A DNA stretch of 63,887 nt, the filler included, from Klebsormidium nitens (lineage: Eukaryota > Plantae > Klebsormidiophyceae): the NCBI GenBank assembly GCA_000708835.1. It is 5 parts of 5 records of this genome, joined end to end, with 100 filler letters (N's around TTAATTAATTAA, not from the genome) between each part and the next. Parts side by side here need not be neighbours in the genome. Positions count along the whole stretch, not along the records: positions 1 to 31,651 come from DF236996.1; positions 31,752 to 47,393 come from DF238037.1; 3 more parts are not named here. One strand, written 5' to 3'. Within the stretch, counting starts at the first letter, position 1. Every line of letters begins with the position of its first letter. The position numbers and the translations under genes are program-made. Shown piece after piece: positions 26,001 to 38,820 of the stretch. The notes beneath the pieces are model-generated. The model made no database searches. It had not been told where the DNA came from and worked only from the letters and a program-made list of their open reading frames with translations.

Positions 26001-29000
26001 CTAAGCCCGTTGCGGCTTAGGCTTGGTGACTTTATACCAGTTCGTGCACGCCTCGCACTCAGACTGCACCTCAAGCGAGAGCGGCTCGATATGGAGCCGC
26101 TCCTGAGCGGCCTTGCCGTGGTTGATGATCTTGGAGATCTCCGCCAGCAGGCTCTCGTTGTTAGAAAAGTAGCCGTGGCCAAACCCGTCGGTGGCGAACC
26201 CCGACGCGTCCACCGTGTCGAGCTGCCCGGGGAGGAGCACCGGGTGCACCCGGTGCCCTTTGCGAAGGAGCAGCCACTCCCGGAAGAGACCGGCCCGGTA
26301 CCCAAAGTCGACGCCGACGAAGCGCAACACGGACGACACAACGAGCGCCCAATCGCCCCGGGAGCAAAACAGGGTCACCAGAGGGGCGTCGGGGCTTCCC
26401 CCGAGGGGAAGAAGTTGGTTGACCATGACCCGGAAATCTCCCGGGAGACGTCCGGCGCGGCAAAGGTGACGGTCCGCGTCAGCGCGCGGACGTCCGCAAG
26501 ACCGGCGGGGTCGGCGTTCAGAAGGTCTAGCGCGTTCTTGAGGCAGTAGTTGCCCATGCTGTGCGCGACGATGTGGAGCTTCTTCTGCAAAGAGCAGGAC
26601 GCGCACCGTCGGAACCAGCGTCAAGACCTCGCAAAACAAACAAGCGCGGGCCGAAAGACGGGACAACTACAAGCAGAAGTCCAAAAGAGGAATGATGCTT
26701 TGTTACTATTCCAACCCGGACCAGTGCACGGCGGCCGTCCGAGCAGCGTCTAAAACGTGCTCACGCTTTGCAAGATTCAAGGCAGGTGTCGGGATTTGAA
26801 GCAATTACAATAAGTAGCTGAATCTCTTTGTATCTCGTCCACCGCATCAATTCCAGTGGCGACTTGGCAGCGCCACTGGGAAATCGCCAAACTATCAAGC
26901 ATATTGGCGGGCTTGTTTTTCACGACGGCGACGTCTTGGTTGACAAGGACTGAGCTGATTACAATGGGTTGTTTCTCAGCAGGCCCTGGGCAAACGAGCG
27001 GGTCTGAAGGAACGGGCCAGCATGCAGCTTTCAACAGGGCCCTCAAGATCCCGACTTCTCAGCGACCTCGACAATGCCTCCAGCTGTGCGATCTGTCCAG
27101 CGCGCTCTTCCAGCCGACTCTCTGGAAGTCTCTCCGTTTTCCGCCAACCTAGTTCGAAGGCGAATAGACTCCCCGGCGGCCCGGCCTTACCCCGGGGAAG
27201 CTTGCGGCCAGCTCCCGCAGCAGGCCGGCCAGTCGCCCCGCCGACGTGCGCGCGCGGTCGCGGTCGTCGTTTCCTTTGCCCGGCAGGAACCCGTAGCGGA
27301 GCGTTTCGGCGTACGAGGCCCAGTCGTACGCGAGGACCGCCCCTTCGTAGCTCCCGGCGTCCGTCTTGAGGTCGAACGCGAGCTGCGCCGCGCCGCGGAT
27401 CGCGCCCTTGAAGGACGTGTTGAAGCCGTGGATGAAGAGCAGGAGTTCGCCCCCCCGCGCCTCGGTTTCCTGCCGGAGGTCTTCGTAAAAGGCGACCCGG
27501 TCGGAGGGGTACGTACCGTTCTGGCCCGGGAGGAGGATGATGTGGTACTGGGCGGCGCGCTCCGAGGAGTCGTCGGTGTCCTTGCCGATCTCCCCGGGCT
27601 TGCGCCGCTACAATGACAAGAAACGCGCGCGGTGAGAAAGTTGAAGGTCGATTGCGCGGCAAGCTTTGGTTGGTAAGGAGAGATGCTGAGCGCAGATCGA
27701 AAGTTGTGGAAGCGACACTTTTACCGGCTTGAACATGGTTCTCCTCGTCAATCTCGGCTAAACATAGCAACAAAGGAGAGGAAAGGAATTGAAAACATCG
27801 ATTAATTTACGGCTCTTCTCCGGATTTCGACGTCGTAAGCTGAGCGGCCGTACAGGTTACGCACAAGTTGCTGTAAACCTCAGCTCGTTGGAAAGGGCTT
27901 TTCCTGGATGCAAAACCATTGTCATTTGGAAGTTCAAGGCGAAAGCCAGTCGAGCCTTGCAGACGCTGATTTTGAATAGTCCCAAGAACGTACCCGGCCC
28001 AGAGTTTTGCACAAGAATCAAAGGCTATCCTTGAATGGTAGCCCCACTTCAAAGACACAGCTTCGACATCATCATCAAGGAGACGGCTAGCAACCTAACT
28101 TGAACTTGTGGATCGGGCCTTTGACACAACTTCCTGGCAGTGAATTATCTTGCGCATCGTAATCCAAAAGTGTCCAATCCGGACAGGGACTTGCTTCCAA
28201 ACGAAGTCCAAATGTGATCCGAACCGATTCGAACTTGGTCCGGAATCACGATTCCATGTTGCTGCAACGATCTGAAGTGTGTCCGAACCGATCCGAACCG
28301 CAGTGATCAGTTCGGATCTGGTTCGGACCTGGTTCGGACAAAGGCTGTCTCACGGTAACTAGAGAGGTCCGTTGAATCCTAGATGGGCGCATGTGTTCGA
28401 AGGCAGCATGTTTTTGCTGCCTAAAAGACTGAAAAAAATGAAAACTGAGAAATGGTGAGGATTTCTTTGATTCTTACCGAGCCGTCCTCCCACTTGCTGG
28501 GGATGCTGACGTTGGTCCAGCCCGTTTCAAGCGTGTCGTGCATCTTATTGGAGTATGCCAGCACGCCCTCGGGGGATCCTCCTGCGAGTACGCGGTCGGT
28601 GGCAAAGAACACCTTCTGAACTGCGTACGGCAGTTCCACAGGCTGGAAGAAAGGGTGGAAACACGTAAGGCCTCAGCAATTTCAGTCTTGATAGCTGAAG
28701 TGCGAACACTGGTCCTTGGAGTGGTGAGACACTCGTGTTACCAGAGTTACACAATTCTCATTCACATGGTAAACGGACCCAGAGTCCTTTGATTGGTTGT
28801 TGCCAGCGAATGAGAAGCTTGATGGGCAAGGCCTCTTGGAAGGACGATGAGTTCTCACGGTGAAGTCAAGTTTGTTCGCACAAGCCGTTGGAAGGGTATG
28901 CACAGCAAGACTCAGCGTCTGATACTACCTGTCTCTCTCAGACTTCAGGCTCCTTTATGGCAAATGAGAGAACCGTTGAGTGGAATATTGTTATCGGCAT

Positions 29001-30974
29001 GCTGGAACTGATCAGCCAGCAATGAGCCAACAGGACTGATCCAGAGTGCGTCAGCGGCGTTTATACCAGAGTATTATCAGACTTTTTCTAAGAACTTACA
29101 AAACGCAAGTCCAAAAAAATCCACTAACTCGTCGAGTCATCTCATGTTCGTGGACTGGTCCCATACCTTTCCCAAGCTGGCCACCCCCTGCGCCGGAGGC
29201 TCCTTGCGGTCGCTCACGCTTTCCTCCCTCCCAAAGGTACGCAACAATTTCGTTGGGAGTGTCCGGGTCAACTGAATCTGAAAGCGTGACAGGAGGGAGG
29301 GCGGGGGCGCTTCGAACTCGAACAGGGCCCTGACATTCTCCAGGCCGACAAGAAGCGACTGCACAACTCCCAGGCACCCCTCGAGCAGGGCATCCAGGTA
29401 GTCGGCGCACATATCCTGGGCTTCGGCCGAGGCCCTTTTGCCACTTTGCTCGGTGAGGTTCTGCACAACAGCAAGCGCTCCGGCGCCGGCACTCGACCCG
29501 CTCGAAAACTTAGCAAGCCCGAGCAGGAAGTCCTCCGAAACCTCCGTCTTGTCTGAGCCCTTGGTTAGGAGCCCGTTCACACTGGCCGCGAGCTCCTTGG
29601 TATGCCGGACAAATCCGGTGAGAAGCTCCTCCTGAACCGGCCGTCCGGTCGTGCGCGCTTCTATGGCCGTCTTGAGACCTGTTTTCATTTGCTGGAGCCC
29701 TCCGTAGGCAGTGTCTATGAAAGGGGCGATGGCCTTGGGCTCTTGGCGGGCCAGCTCGTTCGCAATGATGCCTTTGACTGAGTTTATGCCTTGTAAGAGG
29801 AAGGCTGCGTCGATTGCCAGGGCCAGCAGATTCCTCCGTTCCTCGTTGTCCAGCCAACTTGTGAGAAGCGCGGTTCGCTGCTCGTCGCCTGCGCAAAAAG
29901 TGCGGCGCTTGCATCAGATGGGTTTGCCTGCAAAGTGCTTGCTTGTGGGTGCAGTGGCATGGTTTCAGTCCTGTTCACAAGGAATTTCAAAGATTTTGTA
30001 GCCAAGTAGTGACTGACACCCTGTTTTGGGTTTTCCGGCGACAATTGTCCACACAACTCCAATTGCTGACAACATCCTACTGGAGGGCAGTCCTTGATAC
30101 ATATCCCTTGCTCTTACCCAAAAGCAAATCAAAAGACATTGGTTTGCCATCTCATCGCTATATTGACCCCTTCACCCGCCTGCATCATGCCACCAGTTAG
30201 AGGATATTGATGACTCATTATCTGGGCAAGGTTCTTGAAGATTGAAGCCACTTCTACTGAGCTGTCTGCTTCCCCCAGACTTGTTCGTGCATTGCTGCAA
30301 GCTTGAAGTCCACCGAGTGTTCGAGAAGTTACTGAATTTCGGTGCTTTTCACAGAGGTCAAACACTTTTTGGGCTCGATGTATAATGCAGCTGCAAATTG
30401 TTGTCTCTAAGAGCCTTGACAAAAGGACACGCCTGAAGCAACGCTCTTCAGTCTGCCTGATTTAGCTGGTCCTGACTTTCATTGATCAGTGACATCTGAG
30501 CTCGCATTGAAATGACAAACTCCAAGTGAAGGAACGACGACACTATCAGAACTGGTAAATCAGAGCAATGAAATGGAGCATGGTCCGCATTGAACAGAGC
30601 TTACTTGCACTGCCACCCTGCGCTTCCGGAGCCGCCGTACCAGCTGCCTTTGAAAAACTCTGCCGGCCATTCCTCAACTGATCCGCTCTTTTGCTCCAGG
30701 GCACTCCCCCAGCTCCAGGCGCGCTTCCACGGTAGACAAACTGCTCCGGTTCTTGACGGGCCCTGACGCCCGCCGTGCATGTTCGTTTGCACAGAGTACT
30801 GATTGCGCGCAGAGAAGACACGGACTGGACACTTGCTAGAGTGGGGATTTGGACTCGGCCGCGGGCCACTAGGGGCGGGTCAACCTTTGTGAAGCATCCT
30901 TTAGAAAGATGGGCATGGGCAACTGCAGGTCCATAGGAAAGCGCACACCGTTGCGACACACTGGGGGCGGCCAT
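26001..30974 (-). CDS. DUF900-like alpha/beta hydrolase with a long N-terminal extension and transit-peptide-like leader, about 820 aa, one frameshift in the last exon
   Basis: Predicted exons are 30974-30605, 30406-30194, 29888-29167, 28642-28478, 27607-27191 and 26584-26001; the first two are less certain. Motifs are VFFATDR, LLFIHGFNTSF..A...AAQLAFD, YDWAS, HIVAHSMGN, FAAPDV, TLFCSRGDWAL and GHGYF. One base is missing at about 26440 (APDVSRE-DFRVMVNQ). Confidence 0.85.
28281..28340. repeat. Intronic CCGAAC-motif hairpin (MITE-like)
   Basis: gtccgaaccgatccgaac (28281-28298) pairs with gttcggatctggttcggac (28310-28328) with one indel. Further ccgaac/gttcgg copies lie nearby (28219-28240, 28330-28339). 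Confidence 0.7.
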
Positions 30975-31651
30975 GCTTCTCCACGCGTGTATCCCAGGAA
31001 GGAATCAGCGTTAACCAAGTTTGGTTTGTAAGTGGTGAGACGGTGCCAGGAGAACCTGGTTGGATGTTCTTGATAAAGCAGAACTTTGTGAATAAGGGCG
31101 AATATTAAAGCTCACTGTGCTTTCGAGCAGCAATGTTGGTGCCCATCCGCCGTGTTGCTGAAAGATCAGACAGCCTTCAATTCGACTTTCAACAACGCAA
31201 CAGAATGCGACCCAGGTGATATTGAATGACGGTTCAAAGCAGCTTTCTTTGACGCAACGATATTCTGCATCGAGTCACCAATTCCGCAAGCTGATGCGTC
31301 GCCCATGTACTATTGGCCGTACGCAAATTGAGCTACAGAACACTACCGTATATTGAATGCTCATAACGTATGGCGCTGAGTTCTGCCATGGCTGCCGTTG
31401 ACTGTTAATATGGATTCCAGCTGGACAGTGATGGTGGCATTCTCAGCTACTAGGTAGTCGCAGAGAAGCAACCCAAAGAAACGAAGGGAGTTCCTTCTGG
31501 GAATTGAATCCACTTCAATCCTGGATACACTGTACGGATGGGGTGTACTGTACAGTGTAGACACTGGAGAGGTGCTGGAGAGCGCTCCCCAAGAGTTAGG
31601 GTACCGTCATTTTACGTACCCGGTACCCCCCCATATTTATTTGGGGGGGGG

Positions 31652-31751
31652 NNNNNNNNNNNNNNNNNNNNNNNNNNNNNNNNNNNNNNNNNNNNTTAAT
31701 TAATTAANNNNNNNNNNNNNNNNNNNNNNNNNNNNNNNNNNNNNNNNNNNN
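31652..31751. other. Assembly gap with TTAATTAATTAA linker
   Basis: 44 N + ttaattaattaa + 44 N, an artificial 100-nt spacer. Confidence 0.98.
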
Positions 31752-32870
31752 CTCTGAGGGGGCCGGATCTTCCTAAGCCCCGTGCGCCTCCACCTGCCTG
31801 CTGCTACCCGGCCCGTATTTCCCGGGCCCTCGAAGGTGCCTTTTGGACTCGACGGCCTCTCCTTAAGTGTCTGAGCCCCGACCTTGGCCGCTGGTACCCG
31901 GTCGCTTGGCCCTAAGTTCCGACGATTCGACGCACCGGTGATCGAAAATGTCCCGGACCGTCGTGGGGGGGAGCCTACGTGGCGTCCTCTCCGGTACATG
32001 CAAGAAAATTTACCGTCACTGCCAAATCCGGCACGATCGTTAACGCCTTTCCACCGTCCGATCGGGGCGGGCGCATCGCGACCGTTCATTTAACACCGAA
32101 CTTCATTTGGTAGGCCCTTGACCCGGTTGCGCCGTCGAAGCAAAAAGACGGTTGCGACAGTGCCGCCAACTGCCGGTTTTCGTGACCCTTACCGCCCATA
32201 ATCAGCGTTCCCGGTCTGAAGTAGTCAGCAGATTCATGACTCGGTCTCAAACAGAAGAGACAGGAGAGACGGATTTTGCCATGACCGAGCCTCGAGCCCA
32301 TGAGTCAAGATCGAGTGCTAAGCCTATAGCATGCATGCCCTCGGGATTCTGTACCTAAATAGTCACGAGGCTTTGACAGAGGGAATTTTTGCGCCCGGGG
32401 GTAGCTTCTACTTTGATTGCTATCCTCTTTTTGTGTTGAAACCAACTCACTTGTGAGTGGTCTGGGCTGCACCGAGTCAGAATCAAGAGTCAGAAGTCAG
32501 GAGCCGACAATACAGGCTCTCAGGGCGAACGAAGTGGGAGAGGCCGAAGGCCCCACCCAAAGCTGTACACCCGTGCGCATCGACTCAAGGCGTGCCGTAT
32601 GAGACGCCATTGATAGGATCAAAAGCCTGCATTGCGTCCTGGAAGGTTGATCCCTGCATGGTCAGAAGCGCAGCCAGCATTGCGTGTAGCTAAGGAGCTG
32701 AAGTCTGAACCCAATTGCTGATCTTCAAACCACTTGGCATAGGCGCCCATTGTCTGGCTGTCTGGGAGGGCAACTTACGACTGTCTACTACAAACTTCAA
32801 CCCTCAGTCCACTTTAAGTGCAACCCTCAGCTCCCTTGGAATTTAATCTTCAGCCCCGCGTCCTCCAGCC

Positions 32871-35800
32871 ATGATGGCAGCTTGCACTCAAGTACCCTCC
32901 CCCGCAGCCGTGGTGAGCCTCGAGAGAGCACCGCTGAGACCTCAGCAGCGGTCCTGTAGGGCTCTTCTACGGCCGAATTCGAGATGCGGGCAGCACGTGC
33001 TCTTCCTCGGGTCCTGCCAGGATCTTCAGGAAGGGCTGCAGCAGCGGGCACCTTTGGCTCACTTACGCAGCTCAGGGCTCAGGTTGAAGCCCTTGGGCCG
33101 GCCGTCCTCCTCCATTCTCTGCTCCGCAACAGACTCCTCTGGGAAGCCAACATCAGATAGGTAGGTGACTCGGATATTGTAGACAGAGGCTTCCTGCTTG
33201 TTCAGCGATATGAGGATATGTTGGTGATGAGGTTTACAAGGGTCGTGTTTGCGGTCGAGAATTGAGCAGGCTTGTCACTGAGATTGTGTTTGGTATAGAA
33301 GTATAAGAGAAGTGAACAGAAGCTGTTTGCCTATACAGTAAGCACTGCACATCCAGCAAGTTGCTGCATATTTAGATGCAGATGCTTGTACTGTAGCCAT
33401 CGCAGAATCCTCTCGTACGGAATTTTTTGCTTGCCTTGCAGCTCTCCCGTCAGATACTTCAAAAATGATGAGAGGCCGGAGGACCCCCTTGAGGTGATTC
33501 CCTTCGACAGTGAGACTGGGCTGGTGGACCTTACCGTGCTGACCACAGTGGCAGGGACAGACCGGCCCTACGTGAGGGTCCTCGATTCCACCGGGAAGCT
33601 CTGGGTGAGTTTCACAGGCAGGCTTGGCGGGCCTGTCAAGTTCTACGGAGACGGGACTGCATCCAAACCCTACCTCTTCAGAAAGCCCGGTGAGTGTGAT
33701 AGTGCCCTGAACGAGGTTGGAGATGTGGGTTTTCCCTCACGTTTTCAGCTATACTTAGAAGCTAGATTTGCTTGGTCTTTCTCATAGATACAATGGGGAA
33801 TTATTCTGGTGTACTCCTCTTCATTTGGAATGCATTGGGAATGCATTGCTTCACATGGGAAGAGAAGTTTCTGATGAAGCTTCTTAGCATATGACAAAAG
33901 ACGTCAAAAAACTTATCTTTTCAAGAACAGTGTTCGCTGATGGGCTTCAAACGTAGTTTGAAACGTAGCTTAGCAGTACCCTGTAAGCAGATTACAGGGT
34001 ACTGCTTTGCGGCAGCTCTGAGTGCTCTATATTTTTGGACAGGAGTAGAGCAAGTTTATTTTGGAAGACGATGTTGGGATCGCAGTTTGAGAGAGGCAAT
34101 GAACTCTTGAGCCTTACGGGTGTGCTGATGGCATATCATTCCTGAGGTTTTGTTGTTCGTTTGTGCAGAAAGCGTCCCCTATGCAGAGCGAGTTGCATTC
34201 GCTCAAGTTTCGCCATCTACAATGAGCGAGTCGTACCTGCGCAACGAGCAGAGGGTCGACTCCACTGGGGCAAACATCCCTGGAGAAGAGAATGCCCGCT
34301 TGCTGTACAACCATAGGCCATTTACAGCAGCAGCGCTCCCCGCGAGCCTAGCATACCCGGGCTTTGGCAGGTTTTTAGATGGACTAAAGTCGAAAAATGT
34401 TCGCCCTGGTAGAGAGGACTACGAGGCAGCGGCGGCGCTGTGCAATGCTGGGCACCAACTGTTTTTGAAAGAGGACAAGCGCCGAGACGCCATCAATGCC
34501 ATCTTGTCAGAGTTCTTGGAGAAGCTCATTGAGCCTGTCAACTTGGAAGCCCGTGAGTAAATTCTCATTGTCATAGTCTGATTGGAGGCCTGAGGAGGAA
34601 TCAACTAAGCTCCGTGTGCAAGATTTTTCTCTCTGCTTTTCGACTTGATTAAACTTGTTACTCGAACTATCAGCTCGACTACACTTAGATGCTCTCAAAG
34701 ACTGTGCATGTTGTGGTTTTGGTTCTCTTGCTGTCCAAGAGACTCATGTCTGGAACTGCTTCTTCTGGATGTATTTGTGTTGTGTCCAGCTTGAGTATCT
34801 TAGAGGACGTCATTGCTTCTTATTGAAGGGCATTGCAAGAGCCAACAGATGCTTGGGCAGCCCATGCGCTTACGAGATCGAGCGTGGTTGTGATCTCTCC
34901 TTTTGATGGGCGTTTAGGTCTGACCACGGGACGCATGATTGATTACACTACGGACGGCTCTGCGATTGAAACCACCAAGGCCGGGGACTACATGTCTCTG
35001 AACACCGAATACAAGAATGAGGGCGGCCCTGTCTACTTCCAAAATCAATTCTACTACAAGACATTCTGGGGTGCCCGGCTGGAGAGTCCTCTTTTGCAGT
35101 CCTCGGTGGTTCCTACCTTCTTGATTGATCAGCCGGGCCCCCTTTTCAGGTAGGACGAGGTTGAAGGGAAATGAGCCCCTTTGCAACAGAATCCAGAAGT
35201 CAATTGAGGCGCATTTTTGCTCAATCCGAGTCTGACCGAAACAAGGCTTGGAGGATGTGCTCTCATCCTCTCAAATTCACACCAGCCAGATATTAAAACC
35301 TTTGAACAATATGGATTGCTTTTGGTGAGACGTGGTCAACATTTTCTGTTCCTCTATCCGCCCAATTTAGGTCTGGCACCCATTTCAGTTGCGCCTCCTT
35401 TCACTTTCGATCCACCACGCTCCGCCCACCTTGCCGCTCCTGCTAATACTGTGGGGAGCTTCTCACCGCCATTGTGACCCCCCCCCTTTCAGTGCTGTCG
35501 TCCCACCCCCCTGCACCTCCTTTGCTCTTTCTTGTCGCGCCACACCCGCTCCCCCAACACCCTCCGGGGGGAAATTCTGAGTGCACTTTCTACCCTCCTG
35601 CTGTTTTCCGTCACCGCCTTTGCGCGTCTCTTCCGCTCGTGCCCGCTGCACCGCCCCCGCTGTCGCAATTGCAGATCAGGGGGAGCTTCTGACCCCTGTC
35701 CCGAACCCTCCGTTTGTGCACAGACGCGCACCTTCCTCCCTGTTCTTCTCCCCTTATGACCTACTTATCCGAGCCGCTCCAACAACTGTCTTGGGGGGGG

Positions 35801-38762
35801 GCTTTCAGCGCTTATTCACCCCCCCTGCTTCCTCCTTTTTCCTTTTGGACCTTCTTTCGCCCCACCGTCCCCTTTTACCCCCGCTGGCCTCAAATCGGGG
35901 GCTTGTCGGGGCTGGCCTGTGCATCCCGTTCTGAACGGCTCTGTGGTTTTCATCACCTCCAAGCTTTCTCTTCGAAAGTCATATGGCTTGAGATTGCGCC
36001 CTTCGTTTCTGACTAAATCTGTGTTGGCATAGGCGGCTCGACGGGGCATATGGAAGCTTGAGGATCCAAGTTTCAGAGATGTTCGTCATTATACAGAAGG
36101 AGAGGATGGAAGTTCCGCTGCTTTTATTGGCTGGGGAACATGCAGGTCCAGCTGTCCGGAGCACCGACTCACTAGGAGTAATCGAGGTGGCTCTTAGATT
36201 CTGTGGAGTTTATGTTGGTGGACTGGAGTAGATGTCTTTATACTTGCTTCTTCTGAAACTGGGTCATTTCCGTCTCGTGCAGTGTGGTCGCGGCATTCTT
36301 CACGGATCATCTGCACGCGGAGCCGCTGACGCCGGCCCTCAACCTCGTCTCCCTTGAACGGTACAACCTGGATCAGATGGAGTACCTTGCACGGGTCCTT
36401 CTGAACCTGAAGCGGGAGCTCAAGGAGCTAGACCTATTCATGCGGGAGGCGGCGAACGAGAATGCCATCGAAAGGCGAAAAGACTACTTGCAAAGAAACC
36501 TGCCATACCCCTTCTATTCGCACTTTGAACGGAGCGGATCCATCTTCAAGAGGTAAGCTCCAAGCAGTAAGAGAGTCCACGGTTTGCTCCTTTTGGGATT
36601 CCACGGGTTGCTTCTCTTTGGGATTGTACTTTGACCCCGATCGAAATTTAAGCCCGAGAGCACATCATCCTCTCTTTGGGGCGGCTGCGTTGTTTGTTAG
36701 AGGGGCGCTGTGGCAAGGCACTTGCCAAAGGTTCTCCCAGGGCTCGTTTGGCAACGAAAGCAATTCTGTTCCGCTCATTTGAGAGTTGTTGGCGTCTGTG
36801 GCAAAGTGGCTGGAAATAAACGAACGGCGAAAGGAAGCGAGTGTAACATGATTCGCGAAAGTCTTTATGTAGGAGTTGCCTTCAGCTTTCAGAAGGTTTG
36901 AAAACCCAGCCGGCCGCCCTTCGAAAAGTGCTATTTGTTGGAGTCGGCACCTGACTGCAGCTGCCGTCCTTCGTGTTTGTTCTTCTGGTGTTCTTCACCA
37001 TTGTTCTTCATCAGAATCGGCATGCTTGGGAAAACCAGAAAGCGGATACTCTGCTCTAGTTCTCGTGCGCCGGTCAGTGTGGTTGATGGCCGCAAAACCG
37101 CCGAGGTTCGCTCTGAAGGCCCAAGCGAAAATATAAAATCCTCATGCCATGTGAGCAAAGCCGAAGGAGCAGCGAAAAGCCAGACCGGTGGCTTTCAAAC
37201 CCCACCAATATACTGCAATCAGGAGGCCGAGACCAAACGAACCCGCGCGCCCAGGATCCCGTCCTTAATACGTTCCATCGCCGTCCCGCTCTTTGCTCCA
37301 TTCCTCCCTCTTTCCGTTCCGCTCTCATTCCGTTCCGACCCCGTTCCACCGTCCCTCCGTTGTGCCCTCACTCCGTTCCGCTTCTTTTCTTCCCTTTCTG
37401 TCTTCGTTCCGCTCTCACTCCATTTTGCTCCCATTCCGTGTCATCCCGTTCCATTGCTGGTGCGCGCAGGCCACCTACATTCCCACAGTCAACTGAACAA
37501 CTGGTTTCATACTACTGTGGCATTGGTCGGGAGAATTTTGTGTTTGTACAGCTATGAGGGGCCAGAGCATAGCGCTTGCATTACATTGAAACGGATTCCG
37601 TTTTCCGTCTAATGTGTGGCAGATTGCGTGACATCAGCCGGCCCCGCTTTATTACCGACGGCCAGCGGATCTGGGTTGCGGTCCTGGATACCGGGGAGGA
37701 GGTTCTTGTCAAGTTTGCCCAGACCTATGGGAAGCTGGTCCACAAGGCCTGGGCCGAGGAAGGCTTTGCGCCTAGGCTGTATGAGTGCGAGCCAATCGCA
37801 GGTACAATGAGTTGGGCATGCCCTTGAAGAGCAAGATTCGGCAGTTGCCTTCAGCCAATTGTCCTACCTTGATGCTCGATCCTTTCTGTTGAGCTGGTAT
37901 TGCTACAAGCAACTCGTGTCTTTTCTACGTCTGATTTTTTGCCCCAAGAATTAGTTCGTTGTGACGCAAATTGCACCATCCCTGCAGGAGGGTTCTTCGT
38001 TGTTGTGATGGAGTACCTGAGCGGAGAGGACACATGGATCTCCATGGCGTCTCTCAAGGACGAGGCGCGGCGGAACGTCCTTCCCCTTGTCGAGCAAACA
38101 TTGCGCCAGGCGCACGCCGTCGAAGTCGATGGGCTAGGCGGCAAAGGGGTGCTTGGTGACTGCAGGGACCAGAACATCTTGTTACAATGTGAGTCACAAA
38201 AATGGACGAGGTAAAGATGAAGCGCGTGTGGTTAGTTTCTTGATTTCTGCTAAGTATCACGCGGGCATGCGTTCTGCCAAGCATCACGCTGTCCTCTGAG
38301 GCCGTGTGCATTAAAAAGCGGATGATTGCCTGGCATCCCTCATCTAGCTTCGTTGTCCACCTACTCCGTGCTCTACATGCAAACTAGCTACGCCGTTCAT
38401 TCTTGCTGCTTGACTACGTGCTTTGTGCATTGCTTGCTGCAAAGCAACCACCTCGCTGGGCCTGCTGTGCGGCACGTGCCACCTATGTCTGCATCGGTCA
38501 TAGAGTACTTGGTTCTTCAGTTTCCCTTTCCCTTGCAGGCGAGAAGGAGGTTCTGGGATCGACCATGGACCTGCGTGCACAGGATGTCTTGGCCGTGCGT
38601 TTTATTGACTTCGATTGGGCGGGGGTTGCGGGAGTTCAGAGGTACCCACCCTTTATGAATACAAAGCAAGTCGTATGGCCAGCTGGTGTAGAGACGGGAA
38701 ATGTTATAGATCAACATCACGACGTGGATCTGTTGAGAACCGGAGGTCGGATCGTCAAGTAG
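32871..38762 (+). CDS. Crinkler-like protein: transit-peptide-like leader + small N-terminal domain + PD-(D/E)xK restriction-endonuclease-fold domain + kinase-like domain, 8 exons, about 671 aa
   Basis: Exons 32871-33160, 33454-33689, 34169-34552, 34918-35149, 36283-36552, 37623-37801, 37988-38188 and 38539-38762 are all GT-AG and phase-consistent (2016 nt). REase motifs are TDG...EYKNEGG....QNQFYY. Kinase motifs are VLVKF...YG..VH.....GFAPRL, VVVMEYL, LGDCRDQNIL, FIDFDWAG and RYPPFMN...WP.GV..G..I...HD. Confidence 0.85.
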
Positions 38763-38773
38763 TTACAAAATTG

Positions 38774-38820
38774 AGCAGTTCAGCGATTCAGCGGTCCAGC
38801 GGTTCAGCGGTTTAGCAGTT
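38774..38820. repeat. 8-bp tandem repeat (agcggttc consensus, 6 copies) just after the kinase stop codon
   Basis: agcagttc agcgattc agcggtcc agcggttc agcggttt agcagtt. Confidence 0.85.

Noticed and set aside
31696-31707. TTAATTAATTAA recurring four times
   Set aside because: It always sits centred in 44+44 N, so it is an assembly linker with stops in all frames.
35380-35900. Several overlapping ORFs in pyrimidine-rich sequence
   Set aside because: Low-complexity intron 4 of the REase-kinase gene.
36935-37612. 225-aa ORF with P/F/S-rich composition
   Set aside because: It arises from ccgttcc-type low-complexity repeats within intron 5 of the REase-kinase gene.
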